The translations under genes were made by a program, and so were the position numbers. Shown one piece after another: positions 49,196-62,192 of a stretch of 63,834 bases of DNA. The notes below the pieces were generated by a model. The model did no database searches. It worked only from the letters and a program-made list of their open reading frames with translations, and was not told where the DNA came from. Within the stretch, counting starts at the first letter, position 1. Every line of letters begins with the position of its first letter. The stretch lies in the NCBI GenBank assembly GCA_964255285.1, contig CAXUUL010000020.1, forward strand, positions 1-63,834, written 5' to 3'. Source of the stretch: Ionaspis alba (taxonomy: Eukaryota).

Positions 49196-51584
49196 ATGGA
49201 GAGGACTCGGATCGCGAAGGTAACCAAGCAAGACTAGAGTGTCTTTTATGAAAAGGCTGATCATTGGGCTAGGTAGAAGATGTCAAGCTTGTGCGCCGTG
49301 GAGAATCGGTGGAAGGCACACTTCATCTAACACCCCATCACCTAATATTCTGCCACACTCCAATACCCAGCAGCCAAGAAGACGAAGACACAACGCCAGA
49401 GAAAGTACTGAAGAGGAGGCCGAAGGAACTTTGGATCACATATCCTATCATCCAGATTTGCACTCTACGGCCTTCACCCCCGGCCTCGCATCTTCCTTCC
49501 TCCATCCGATTACGCTGTCGAGACTTCACCTTCGTTTGCTTCTGTTTCACGGACGAGAAAAATGCCAGGGACGTTTATGATAGTATCAAAGCATGGACCG
49601 TGAAATTGGGGAGGATTGAAAAGCTCTATGCGTTCAGCTACCAACCCCCACGTCCGGAGAAAGCGGTCAATGGCTGGGATCATTACGATGCTCGAAGAGA
49701 ATGGAAACGTTTAGGTATCAGCGACAAAAGCACAGACAAGGGATGGAGAATTTCGCAAATCAACACAGATTACGGTGTGGGTATGACTCCTGCTTGAAGC
49801 CCTAGTACGGTGTTGCTCAAGTACGATAGTTCTCCCCAACTTATCCCGCTCTCCTGCCTGTACCGTCTACAATATCCGACAATACCCTCAATTATGCTGG
49901 TAGGTATCGATCTAGAGTTCGACTGCCAGTCTTGACCTACCTCCATCCTGTCAACAACTGCTCTATAACTCGTAGTTCACAACCACTAGTTGGCGTACGG
50001 CAGAATCGAAGTATTCAGGATGAGAAATTGCTGTTGGCGATATTTTCCACTTCACATTCGAAAGATGGATCAGCGGAACCATCCCTGACGCCGCCAACTA
50101 GCCACTCCCCAAGGTCCAGCGAAGGCGATGCACCTCCGATAATCCTAGAGTCTAGTTTCTCGGACACCGAAGCCCTAGAAGACGAAATAATAGCTCGCAG
50201 CAGTCATGATGGCAAGAGCGAGAAGCCACACGTCTACGGGGCACAACAACACAACTTGATTGTTGATGCAAGACCTACCGTAAATGCTTACGCTATGCAA
50301 GCTGTGGGCCTTGGATCAGAGAATATGGATAACTACCGTTTCGCAACGAAGGCTTATCTCGGTATCGATAACATACACGTTATGCGCGATTCTTTGAACA
50401 AAGTCATTGATGCACTGAAGGAGTCAGACTTGACACCCCTTACCCCAAATCGAGATACCCTGGCAAAGAGTGGATGGCTGAAGCACATAGCAAACATGCT
50501 TGACGGTGCAGGACTCATCGCCCGACAGGTTGGGCTGCAACACTCGCATGTCCTCATACATTGCTCGGACGGATGGGACAGAACAAGTCAATTAAGTGCT
50601 CTATCACAGCTTTGCCTTGATCCACATTATAGAACTCTTGACGGGTTCATCACATTAGTTGAGAAAGATTGGCTGTCTTTCGGGCACATGTTTGCACATC
50701 GATCGGGATTTCTATCGAGTGACAAGTGGTTCGTTATAGAGAACGAAAGGATTGGTGGCGACAGCAACCGCCCTCCGTTCGGAAATGATAGCGGGCCAGG
50801 GCATGCTCTTGAGAACGCATTATTGAGTGCAAAAGGCTTTTTCAATAAGAACAAAAGCCGCGACTCGCTTGGTGAATCAGATGGAGAGATGCAAGCCTTT
50901 GATTCTGATACGCCGAAAAGAGCGTCCACGCCTAGCAAAGGTAGTTCCAACGACAAGCACATCACTAAACCCAAGGAGACAAGTCCCGTATTCCACCAGT
51001 TTCTTGATGCTACCTATCAACTACTCTATCAATACCCAACCCGCTTCGAATTCAACGAGCGCTTTTTGCGAAGGTTACTCTACCATCTCTACTCCTGCCA
51101 GTACGGGACTTTCCTCTACAATAGTGAGAAAGAGAGGGTTGAATCGAACGTGAGAGAGAAGACCAGGAGTGTGTGGGACTATTTCCTCTCGCGGAGAGAG
51201 CAGTTCCTGAATGACAGATATGATGAGACGATTGATGACAACGAACGCGGACATGAACGACTCATATTCCCCAAACCCGGGGAGATTAGGTGGTGGAATG
51301 AATTATTCGGCCGAACCGACGCAGAGATGAATGGTTCATCCGGCAGCTTCAACCAGGGATTAGACAGCAGCGGTGGTAGTTCGATGGTGCTAACTGGTGT
51401 GGAGACAGCAGATGAATCGTTTGGACCCGGTGCACCTACTAGGTCTCCACCAAACGGCATTTCTGGAGGCATGTCTACACTGTCTGCCAGTGTTGCTGCT
51501 TTGGGCCTTGGCAAGAGCAAGACCGATGGAGGCAGTAAGAGCCCTTCCAGGGCGAAGGAGGAGATTGCTGTCGAGATGCAATAA
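49196..51584 (+). CDS. YMR1: Myotubularin-family phosphatidylinositol-3-phosphatase
   Basis: PH-GRAM-like N-terminus (GTLHLTPHHLIF), YRSRVRLPVLTY, IVDARP, catalytic HCSDGWDRT, LVEKDWLSFGH and SPVFHQFLD. Three exons. Confidence 0.95.
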
Positions 51585-51767
51585 TGGAATGTTGATTTTG
51601 CAACGGGACTCCTCTACTCCATTGGAATCACCACATTAGACCAACTGGAACTCGTATTTCACGAGTATACCTTGTCTCAACCATTTATTCATAGCCACCC
51701 TCATTTCGTGACATTCTTGGCAGTACGTTAAAGCTCTCAGCACCATATTGATCGTATCCGTAATCCC

Positions 51768-53886
51768 TTACCAACCAAATTGTTCCTCATGCCAGAAAAC
51801 CTCCTTGCCATCCCGCACATAGGCACCCACACACCTTCTGAGCTCCCTACCCAGTACCGCAGGCCCGCAAACAAGTACAGCAACACTCTCCACGCCCTCC
51901 GCGCCGAACACTCCATCAACCATTTCCTTCACGTCCACCCGTCCATATTTGATCATCTGACTGATATCCTCATCATCTTCGCCTTTGCCCGCCCAGTCCT
52001 TATAACTCTCATCCTGCAATCCCGTCTGCACTTCCGGAAGCACACTTGGGATACCGGCATTCCACCCCGCATTCATCACTTCCCAATCACTATGCCAAAG
52101 GGAGTCCGTCCGCAAAGAATGCGGTATCTTAGCCCTGTCAGCCTTCCCAGTGACGTGTAGAGAAAAGCCAGAGGGCAAGTGGCGACACTGATGCCGTATG
52201 GCATTGATTCCAAACCACGCTTCCGAAACGTCCCGCACGCTCCATACAAAACGTATTTTCTCGCCAGCCATGGCTGCAGGACGGTCTCTGCGCTTCTGAG
52301 ATTGTGATATTTGCCCAAGCAGGTGACGATAGATTGGCAGCGTGAATGTTGCGCCAACACCGCCTGCGACTAGCAGAATGCGGTCGTATGGCAGAAGTTG
52401 TGGAAAGTAAGCGGAGCTGCCGTAGGAACGCTCGACCGTGATATGGTATGGGCCGCTGAACTTGCTTTCCGCTGCTTCGGCTAAAGCTTTGGTCGTGCCA
52501 GAGAGGGAGCGGACGAGAAGGTGGATTTGCGGCGCGGTGTCCATGGGAAGATTGACAATTGAGAACGGATTCATGTAGGAGAATGTAAATGGAGCAGGCT
52601 TCGTAAGAAAGGGACGGGAGATGTAGATGTGTTGGCCGGGTTCTAGGATGTGGTTGTGGAAAGCGCGAGAGGAAGAATGGAGAGCGATGCTGAGGAGGGA
52701 AGTGTTTGGGATCCGGCTGATATCTGCTAGCGTTGTGTAGCGCTGGTCGATAAGATAGCGACCGATGAGTGTGAGTAAGATATGGATTGCCGCTGTCTGA
52801 ATAATGTATACGCGGATGTGGACGACGTGAAAATAGAGGATGGGAAGAATAGCGGTGGAAAGAGTGATGTGGATGATGTAAAAGACGCGGTAGGAGTAGG
52901 TGCGGACAAAGGAGAGAGCCGTTGTTCCGATTATGAGAAAGCTGGTAATCGCTGCGAGACCCAATTGAACGTCTCGATCTCGGATGCGCTTACTCAGGAG
53001 GTTGGCCTGAATGTAGAAGTTGAGATAGAGTGAGGCGTGGGCCGCAAAGAACATTATAAGAATCCGGCCCAGGAGACGATGATATGGATTCAGTTCTTCA
53101 TGGGAGCGCCTGGTCAGGATCTGAACTGGATTGTAGATTGATTTGGCGGAGAGGAGATAATGGATTGGGAGTTGAGAGGCGGCCACAATAGCTAAGCGTT
53201 TGGTCAAGTGGAGGTAGTCTAGATAAGACACAGAAAAATCATGAGCGGAACTATTATAGTTGTCTGTTATTCGGTAGGTAGATATGGTTGAAGAAAGTCC
53301 CTTAAACTTCGACACCAACTATACCATGAGTCCAAACCTCTTGCGAGGAATATCCTTTAAGCATGATTTTAACACCATGCAGGAACAGAGCAGCATCCGG
53401 TAACGACGAAGCGACGGGGGCTCATTCTGGAAGTAGAGGAAGAACCAGATTCATTGGGGTTCAACTTTTCATGACAAAAGCTCAGATCAGAGACTCACCA
53501 TCACCAGTGCCGTTTACTGCGAGAAAGGCCAGCCAAGTCGCCCATATACTGGCAAGAACGGCTTCTCGCCTGGTTCCCCAGCCCTCGATGATTTCGTCGT
53601 CCAACCACCACGACGATTTCCTCGTAAAATCCAGAAAAGACTGGATGAGCTTTTCAGAGGTGCTTTCCGCTTGCAGTCCCTTGTCATGCTCCCATCTTTG
53701 TTTCACCTCATCTCTGGTCGAGTGCCTGGATGCGTCAAGATAGCTGTGGAGAATGGCGAATAATTTGATGGAGAGTATCAGGATAATTGCAGAGTATTGA
53801 GCAGCGTTTGCATAGCTGTCGAGGGATATGCGTCTTTGAGCCAATTGCTCCGCATCAGGAGAAGTAAAACGATAAGGCCACGCCAT
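51768..53886 (-). CDS. Ferric/cupric reductase-like transmembrane flavoprotein (AIM14-like)
   Basis: Exon 1 MAWPYRF...GTGD; 280-nt intron; then DYLHLTKR, heme His motifs (YHRLLGR, HASLY, FYIIH, YFHV), PGQHIY, NPFSI, LVAGGVGATF, VCGP and terminal HEEQFGW. Confidence 0.9.
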
Positions 53887-54158
53887 AATAGATACAATTT
53901 CAAGACAGATGTTCCGTCGCAGTAGCTACAAGAGTATAAAGGACAATATATGATTCACAATTCGCGAAGCAGCGGGATCGACGAGCGTGAGCAGCTACTT
54001 CGCATTGGTAGTGTGATATATTGGACCACTGTGGTTCTGAGATTGCTTCGTCAACTCACGTTGACTGCAGCATTCCCAAAGAATGTTCAAGCTGGACAAT
54101 CGTGTCTGCTCTCGTTCATTATAAATCTACTGGGAGATACAGTCATCCAACAGAGATG

Positions 54159-54192
54159 TTCTGCCTAAGGTAGCATTCTGCCTAGGGTAGCA
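54159..54192. repeat. 17-bp tandem duplication in divergent promoter
   Basis: TTCTGCCTAAGGTAGCA followed by TTCTGCCTAGGGTAGCA. Confidence 0.8.
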
Positions 54193-54437
54193 TGCGCATC
54201 CTTCGGATATAGGGCTGCGGGGGACCACATTTCTCCGATCCGTCAGGTACAACGATTGTTTGTTGACCTTCAATCTCACAGCATCACATCAAGCTGATTT
54301 CCATAGCTGTGCATTGCTTCTTTGCTTTCATTGTGCAGTATGCTCCCACATGAGCCTGCGCTTGTTTAATCGCAATTTAGCTTGCAAGAAATACACTTTT
54401 ATAAACAACTCATTGCTCCGTGGCTGTTATTTTGAGC

Positions 54438-57182
54438 ATGGATAACGGTTTGAATATCTTCCAATTCAGCGAGTATAAACCAGAGCCTCGATTCACTCCA
54501 GTACGACGCCGCGGTCAGGGTAGGCCGGCTGAATCTCCTGCCAACGCGATCCAGGCGCCGTGGACTACGACCCGATGCAATCGCCTATTGCGCCCCATCT
54601 CCTCGCGCATTACATTACTTCGAAAACAGCGAGAGTCTCGCGCTCATCGGCGGCAGATAGTTTCTCAATCCTTACGAAACAATTCTTGTGGCCCGATATC
54701 TTCGCAAAATACTGTTTGTACCACATCTGCATTGTTCCGGCAGACGGAGAAGAAGTACGAGGATGACCCCGAATGGGCGCCAGATCGGGCAAGCAAGAGA
54801 CTGAAACGAACATACTCGTCGAAAAGCGGCGCAAAACATGCCAAGAACAGGGACGTCTATCTAGGACAGGAGAACCATCGGCAGGCAGGTGGCTTGAAAA
54901 TCCAGCTTCCGATGGTCAATGTGCATACTCAACCAGTCCTTTCGACTTGCGTGATGGAGTACGCTAATGAGTGCCAAGTTGTTTCTGGCCCAACTAACTT
55001 GCCTATCTCACACGATGAATTGTCCAAGGAAGTGAGTGGGCTACAATCGAGGAACGACCAGTCGTCCTCGCGGGAGAGTTTTCGACGTCTTGCGAAATCT
55101 ATATCTCCGTCAGAATGGATGTTGATTGATGGACTGTACAACGGGCTTGATGCGCTACTTAAGGCCACAGCTACACGAAAACCTCCCAAGGATGCGGGAA
55201 CACGGTCACTCTTTAATACCTGCTTGCGCAAAGTTCCACATTATATTGCGGATGAGGAGCACCTGGCTACCAAGGAGGACCCAGACCTGTCTGCAGAAGT
55301 TTCATCGACTATTTACAATGATCTCGAATCGCTTGGATCTTCTCAAGCTGGAGGCTGGAAACCTTTGAGAGAAGTTGTAAGAGCTCACGGTATAGCCATC
55401 ATTGGTAGTGCCATTGAAGATGGTGTCATCACTGCTTCCATTGCACGTGGCCTGATCATACTGTGTTTGCAAGCATCTGCAGTCAACGACGCCATAAGTC
55501 TCTGTGATCATCTTCTCAGGACCGTCCATCATCTGGCTGAGCCCAAGACACTTTCGGATCGCCTTTTCGGACCCGAAACAAGCATTGCTTTACAGACACT
55601 GAACGATCTGTCAACTCAATCTGAAATGTGGTGCCACCACTACAGAAGCCTCAATACAATGTTACAAGAAGATTTGATTCCGGTTGAATGGATCTCGAGT
55701 CATGGCATGATCGATTGTTGGAACAGAGTAATGAAATCAGTCACACAGCAAGACGAATATGCCGTGGAGGCCGGGGCCTTGCTGAGGACCGCTGTGTCGC
55801 TGAGCTACCATGGACCAAACGTTAGGGCGAAATTAGATGCTCCTGCACCTCACGCCTCATCTAGAGCATCAAGTGAAGATTCAAGCCTCTGTCAACTCCG
55901 TGGAACAGGAAAATCAAAGTACAATTTCAATAACGGACTAGATTTTATTCGCACAAACGAAGGTACCAACAGTACTGCTCTGACCAGTACAGTGTCTAAC
56001 CTGATCACTGTCCTGCTATCGGTAGAGATGGTACGCCTTGAGCCAGTGGATTCAATGTCTTCACCGTCCAGCCCATCAGTGGGTGTCATTCGAACTTTGG
56101 CTTTCGAAGCATATCAGTATTGCAAGACCATGGATTTCTCTGTAGTACCATCGGAAATGCTTGCTGTGCAAGCTGCTCGAATCTGCATCCCACTCCTAGC
56201 AAATTATCTAATGACAGCATCTTGCACGACCATGGATACTGCAGAGCTGTGCGTCGAATGGCTCGATGTCATCAGCAGCTTGGACGTCAGGCAGAAGGTA
56301 ATCGACGTTTTGGCATCATTTCTATCGGCTGCAGGACAGTGTTGCGAACAAGCAGGTTCAAAAACAGCATTTGAGTACATTCAGATCATGGTTCAGAGAC
56401 TACTCGAAACGTCAGACTCAAGCCTTTTAAGCATCAATACCCGTCAATTTATGGCTCAAGTCGCTCTAGCAGCGGCTTTCGATTTCTCAGAACAAACCAA
56501 TCAACGAGCACATCTCGATTGGGCTCTAGAAATGGAAGAAGCGACCGAAGGCCTACTTGCAACATCAAAGACCAACACTACAACAGGGGAGTTTCCAAGG
56601 AAACAGCCTTCGAAGCCAGCAGCAGGATTCAGATGGGAAGAAGGCATTTGCGAATGGATCGCGAAGTCTCCAGAGACGGAAATAAAGCCTCAAAAACTTG
56701 ACATCAAATTTCTTCCAAATAGGAGCAACTCGTGCTCTACATGCTCCAAAGAACCAACATCTCCGCTTCGGAAAAGAAGCTGCTCCGTGCTCTCCGAGGC
56801 TCGACCATACGCACAGTACACGAAGGCAGTGACGAAACCCCGAGGACGGCCGCGAGGTCGTCCAAGATGTCTTCCTGTCTGCAATGTACAGGTCGTCATA
56901 TCGCGCTGTAGCTACGAGAATCAAGAACCCTTTCGTACTAGAAAAAATGTCTTGGAGGACGATGCAGATGAACTCTGCACTTCAGCAGGTGGTCAAAACC
57001 CCCGGCAAGAAGCGAGGATGGTATTCAAGGAAATTGTCAATTCTTCGAAACAGAACGGTTACAACCACGCTAAGATATGGGGACGGAGTGGTTCTTCGCG
57101 ACAGTGGTCAAAGCCAGCGAGGATAAATTGGAAGGACTCTAGCATGGAAAGGATTGTCAGTGATGATGAGCTAGGCATCTGA
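54438..57182 (+). CDS. Large intronless uncharacterised protein with C-terminal AT-hook-like motif
   Basis: ~915-aa uninterrupted ORF with conserved-looking blocks WTTTRCNRLLRPISSRI, SLFNTCLRKVP, GWKPLREVVRAHG, GFRWEEGICEWIAKSP and SDDELG; KPRGRPRGRPR at ~56835-56867. Confidence 0.75.
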   Translation: MDNGLNIFQFSEYKPEPRFTPVRRRGQGRPAESPANAIQAPWTTTRCNRLLRPISSRITLLRKQRESRAHRRQIVSQSLRNNSCGPISSQNTVCTTSALFRQTEKKYEDDPEWAPDRASKRLKRTYSSKSGAKHAKNRDVYLGQENHRQAGGLKIQLPMVNVHTQPVLSTCVMEYANECQVVSGPTNLPISHDELSKEVSGLQSRNDQSSSRESFRRLAKSISPSEWMLIDGLYNGLDALLKATATRKPPKDAGTRSLFNTCLRKVPHYIADEEHLATKEDPDLSAEVSSTIYNDLESLGSSQAGGWKPLREVVRAHGIAIIGSAIEDGVITASIARGLIILCLQASAVNDAISLCDHLLRTVHHLAEPKTLSDRLFGPETSIALQTLNDLSTQSEMWCHHYRSLNTMLQEDLIPVEWISSHGMIDCWNRVMKSVTQQDEYAVEAGALLRTAVSLSYHGPNVRAKLDAPAPHASSRASSEDSSLCQLRGTGKSKYNFNNGLDFIRTNEGTNSTALTSTVSNLITVLLSVEMVRLEPVDSMSSPSSPSVGVIRTLAFEAYQYCKTMDFSVVPSEMLAVQAARICIPLLANYLMTASCTTMDTAELCVEWLDVISSLDVRQKVIDVLASFLSAAGQCCEQAGSKTAFEYIQIMVQRLLETSDSSLLSINTRQFMAQVALAAAFDFSEQTNQRAHLDWALEMEEATEGLLATSKTNTTTGEFPRKQPSKPAAGFRWEEGICEWIAKSPETEIKPQKLDIKFLPNRSNSCSTCSKEPTSPLRKRSCSVLSEARPYAQYTKAVTKPRGRPRGRPRCLPVCNVQVVISRCSYENQEPFRTRKNVLEDDADELCTSAGGQNPRQEARMVFKEIVNSSKQNGYNHAKIWGRSGSSRQWSKPARINWKDSSMERIVSDDELGI

Positions 57183-58804
57183 AATATGTACATATACGCT
57201 TGGTGTCGAGTGAAGCGCGTTTTGCAGAAATGTACCAGCCAAGATTGGAGTCATAGCTTGGAGGGTGATTGGATAGCGGTTTCTCGAGCAAACTTTTTTG
57301 GTCGTTCTTTGTCATTGCCGTATGATACCCTTCATCACAGGACTTTCTTATATCCTGGACTTGTGGTAATATGAATGAAATCACACAGAACTTCGATTAT
57401 TGGACCGGAGGCCTTAATCATGTTCTTTGTTGGATGATTACTATTACTGCGTTTTGGGGGATTGGATGACCCGCTGATGACCCTCGGCTCCTGATCGCTG
57501 TCTTAGAAGCTTTAGACTTCACTAGATGATGAAGAGCGAGAGGGGTTTCCTGTTCGGGACGCCTTTGGCTAGACAAGATTGTTCCTTGCATACTCCTACA
57601 TGATGTATATGCAAGAGTTATGGCCTCTTGGAAATGATAAGGGATAAACTTTAATGACGAATTGAACGGCAACGAGTCTCGTCACTCCTCTGGAGAATCG
57701 ATTATGATTCTGCAAGCGCTACGATGTGGAGAGAAACACTGATTGTTTGTGATGTGTTATATATGAGACCCAGTAGCATTCTCCGACCGTCCTGCCATTG
57801 TCAGGAACTCAGAAGCGTGTGTTTCCCCCAAACTCTCGTCAACAAGCAATCCCCGAACAGGGGTTTCGAGTCTAGGCCAGGAACGAATGCTCCACTCCAC
57901 CAATCATCGTGCCCAATCCACGTTTCAGCCAATGATTTAGCGCCCGAACATCCCAAGCCTATCGATCCACATCTCCCGATTCCATTTCCCTCGGACTTGG
58001 TCTTCTCTTGGCGAAGGATAACCTTGCTAGTGATCTCTTTTCCTCCGACCACCCAGGAACCAGAAGTCTGTTCAACCCACCGTTCCTCACCGGCGACAAC
58101 AACAGCGACTGGCGACGCAGAGAACAAACGCCTTTACAGTCTTTTCATTTCGTCTGCATTGACATCCATTCATTTCAAGGACGTTGTCGGAGAGGCATGG
58201 AACTCGTTTCGTAACTATCTTTCTTGTGAATAAGACGACTCCACGTATCCCTGGCCTGTCCAGCACGCATCGACTGCATCAATTGACCTCCATTTACCGA
58301 CATAAAACTTTCGAATCCCCCCAGCGCTTGCATTGTCGACGATTGTTTCTCCAATATCTTGCAGCGAAAATCCCAGGTGATGGATTGATCTCGCCCACAC
58401 TCGACACCACCTCCTGAGGCCGGTACCTCCAGGACCACATTCGTTTTCTCACCACTCTCCCTTCGCCGTCATCGTCGTCTTCGTCGTCGTCGTCGACTTC
58501 TCTTTCTGGGAGAGTATCGACTCCAGAGGCCCGGTCGCCTTTGTCTTAGACAATAACACTTTAAACGCCAGCCGGTAAAAGATTTCTTTTGGAAAAGGCA
58601 CCTAGCGTTGAACACTACGCTCTTTGTCTCAGACGACCTTTTGCTTCAGCATCGCGAACCTCCTTTTGTCACGCGTCTATCGATTGACCTATCTTCGGTT
58701 CTACCAGCTCGAAGCCTTTACTTTCATTTCTACTCGGAGTCATCAACACCGAGAACCCATTCTCAGACGCTTTTGTCTTCGCCATACCTATCATCGCCTA
58801 CAAA

Positions 58805-60486
58805 ATGTCTACAACAGGAAAGCGATGGCCTACACTGGCTGTGGTGGTTGGTGGTATCTTGTTGGATCCTGTGGTGGCACAAAGCAGTTCCAGCAACGGG
58901 ACTTCGACTACAGGGAACAGCACAGATAGTGCAACCTCAGGAATGGATGATACCAGCTTTGAGAATGAACATTTCGCTCGATACATGATCATCAGTCTCT
59001 GTTCCATCGTCTTCGCCTTCACGATGTACCGAATCACTCTGTCCGGAGTACGCTACATAAGAATGCTCACGTGTCTCAACAACGATACTCAGGTATATTT
59101 CCGAATGCCGACAACATCCTTCAGTAAAGTAAAGGAGCACCTACTCTACGCTCCTTTATTTCGGACACGCCATATGCAGGAGATCTATCTTACAAGGTGG
59201 TGGAGCATGGGCGTCCTGCCTACCAGGTTCCAAAGTCTATTTCTTACTGGCATCATTGCCTTGAACATTACACTCTGTGTTGTTGGCATTGAATGGTCAG
59301 AAAGTGGTTCGAAGACTGGACTGTACAAAGTTCTATTACACCTCCGACATCGAAGTGGTATCCTCTCAATCGTCAATATGATACCGCTTGTCATTATGGC
59401 TGGTCGTAACAATCCATTGATCAAGATGCTCAATCTTCCCTTCGACACTTTCAACCTTATGCATCGGTGGTTTGGCAGGATTGTGGTAGTTGAGGCTGTN
59501 NNNNNNNNNNNNNNNNNNNNNNNNNNNNNNNNNNNNNNNNNNNNNNNNNNNNNNNNNNNNNNNNNNNNNNNNNNNNNNNNNNNNNNNNNNNNNNNNNNNA
59601 AGCTAACCCACCCCAGCGCCTCGCCCGTCTCGCCTCCCTCATATACCGCAACACCGGCTCCAACGGCACCAAAGCCACCATCGAAGCCCTCCCCGGCGAC
59701 GCCATCCGGCTAACCCTCCATCTCTCCCGCCCCTGGACCTTCCAGCCAGGCCAACACACCTTCCTCACCATTCCCTCCATCGGCCTCTGGACTTCTCACC
59801 CCTTCTCCCTCGCCTGGTCAAGCACAGCCGAGCATCTCGAAAACGAAAAAGGCCTCGTGATGAACAGACAAGACATTCTCGCCATGCAAAAACCCTCCAT
59901 GTCAGCCATCATCCGCCGGCGCGATGGCTTCACAAACAGTCTATTCAAGAAAGCCGAGGCTGCGCACGAAGGTCGTCTTGTGGTTAGGGCTTTTGCAGAG
60001 GGTCCGTATGGTGGGCTCCACGACCTCGCGTCCTACGGCACTGTGCTCCTCTTCGCCGGCGGAGTCGGCATCACACATCAAGTTTCTTACGTCCGGTCCC
60101 TCGTGACCGGCTACGCGAACGGCACCGTCGCAGCGCGGCGCGTGCTACTCGTCTGGGTCATCCAGGCACCGGAACACCTCGAGTGGATCCGGCCATGGAT
60201 GAGCGAGATTCTGGCGCTCGATAAACGAAGAGATGTGTTGAGGATTCAGCTGTTTGTGACGAGACCGAGATCCACGAAGGAGATACATAGTCCGAGTGCG
60301 ACGGTTCAGATGTTCCCCGGCAGACCGAATGTCGATACCATTGTTGGACTGGAGTGTGAGAGTCAGGTTGGGGCGATGGCTGTTAGTGTTTGTGGGACGG
60401 GGAGTTTGGCGGATGATGTTAGGGCGGCGGTTAGGAGGAGGCAGGGGAGGAATGTGGATTTCTTGGAGGAGAGTTATTCGTGGTAG
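58805..60486 (+). CDS. Ferric-chelate reductase (FRE/NOX family); gap inside
   Basis: HLLYAPLF, LPTRFQ, AGRNNPLI, FDTFNLMHRWFGR; after the gap PWTFQPGQH, SHPFS, EGPYG, FAGGVGITH, GRPNV, VCGTG and EESYSW. Confidence 0.92.
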
Positions 60487-61195
60487 GGCGGCTTGATAGG
60501 TGGTGAGGGGAGTGGTGATTTATGGGGATGTGGGGTTTTTTGGATGGATAAGATTCTGAAAGAGCTTGGGTATGATGTGTTATGCTTGAGTCGATGTGCC
60601 GCATTGTTGCACGCGTTCTTGTACATATTGTATTTGCCATGGCCGAGCTCGCTTGAGTCGCTATATGGAATATTATGTTTGAATGCTATGAGAACTTCGA
60701 GCTGACCTGGTAGGCTCAACAGTGCATTTTTGCCTCTCTGGGCGAAGAGATAACATATTGATCGAGGGGAGATAGGTTGCCGAGACATTGGAGCCAAGCA
60801 GGACCTTATGCGCCATTGGATGCTGCATATAATTATGGAGAACGCTCGCGCCGCCACAACACGCTAGCATAGCTCGCTTCCTAGGGCTTATGGGAAACTC
60901 GGGTATATATCAGGCCGTCGATTGACTTTCCACCTCCAATCTCCCCTTCACGCGGCGCACGCCGTCGCCTATCCAGAACAATAATGTCACATCTAGCGTA
61001 CGCCCTCTAATTTCATGCATTGATATCGTCAGCCGCAGTGAATGTCGGCCGAACTTCCCTTCAAGATGACTTCCCTTCCCTTCCCGCCATGCAAATCATC
61101 TTCATCTGCCCATTGCGTTCTGTCGCCATCTAAGGCTTTGGGCGCTTTTGCTTAGGCTTTCGTGTTGACAGACTTGTTGATTGGAAATTTGAACT

Positions 61196-62192
61196 ATGTA
61201 TTCCTTATCGAAGATTCCGCTCTTGCTTGTTTTCCTTGCCTGGCTTGCCTCCGCCGACGATAACATCTTTGTATTTCCCGACGAAAACTCTACAGTCACG
61301 CCAGCGTGGGTGTTGGGCGAGACGCAAGAGATAAAATGGAATACCACTTACGATATGGTCGATTTCGGATTCAATGCTGCGGACACCGCCACAGTCGTCT
61401 GGGTCGTCGGTCTGTCTTCCGTTCTCCCCAGAGATACTGGCAACCTTCGCCTGATGTGCTCCAGCCTCTCACTAATTCCATCTTCCACTCATAGAAAACA
61501 TCAAAAAACCACAAACAGGCTACAACTGGACTCTCAACACAAACAACAGTGCCTCGCCTACTAACACCCAAGTCTTCTACCTCGTCCTACGCGACAGCAA
61601 TAACCCCTCCAGCATCATCCTCTCGCAAGCGGTGGTAATCTCGCCCGAACCCCTCGGACAATCTGCTGCACCAACCAAGATTCCTTCAGCGACGTCAACG
61701 AGAATCGAATACATATACGTTACACAAACCAACACCGTCATGCCCACCACGACTTCCAGCTCTGCAACAACAACAACAGCTAGTGACATAGCACCATCAG
61801 CAGCATCAGGAAACGCAGCAACCACATCCTCACCCGGCCTTTCAACGGGCGCCCAAGTGGGTATCGGCGTCGGCGTCGCCCTTGCCGTGCTCGCGGCCGC
61901 TGCCCTCGTGGTCCTCACGATCTGGCGCCGGCGGCGATGGCAAGCAGCACCGAGTCTCGCGCAGCCGCCAGAAGAGCTGGAGAGCCCGACGCGGCCGATA
62001 CAGGAGTACTACAACGATGGTAAGCTCGTTTCACCGTTGGGATCGGAGCCCAATGGGGCGGTGCAGAGTGGGCGGGCAGCCGCACCGGTGGAGATGCAGG
62101 GTGCAGAGGTAGCGAGGGAATTGAGAGGGCCCGAGGTGGCGAAGGAGGTGGTTGGGACCCCGGCGACGAATGGATTTCGGGTTGAGCGGTAG
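61196..62192 (+). CDS. Single-pass cell-surface protein, Mid2/WSC-like (signal peptide, Ser/Thr-rich, TM, cytosolic tail)
   Basis: Signal peptide; intron ~61410-61494 restores frame; Ser/Thr tract; GLSTGAQVGIGVGVALAVL...WRRRR stop-transfer; PVEM/ELRG tail. Confidence 0.78.

Noticed and set aside
57724..58233. 169-aa ORF upstream of the ferric reductase
   Set aside because: No domain or coding-like composition; overlaps the probable promoter/leader.
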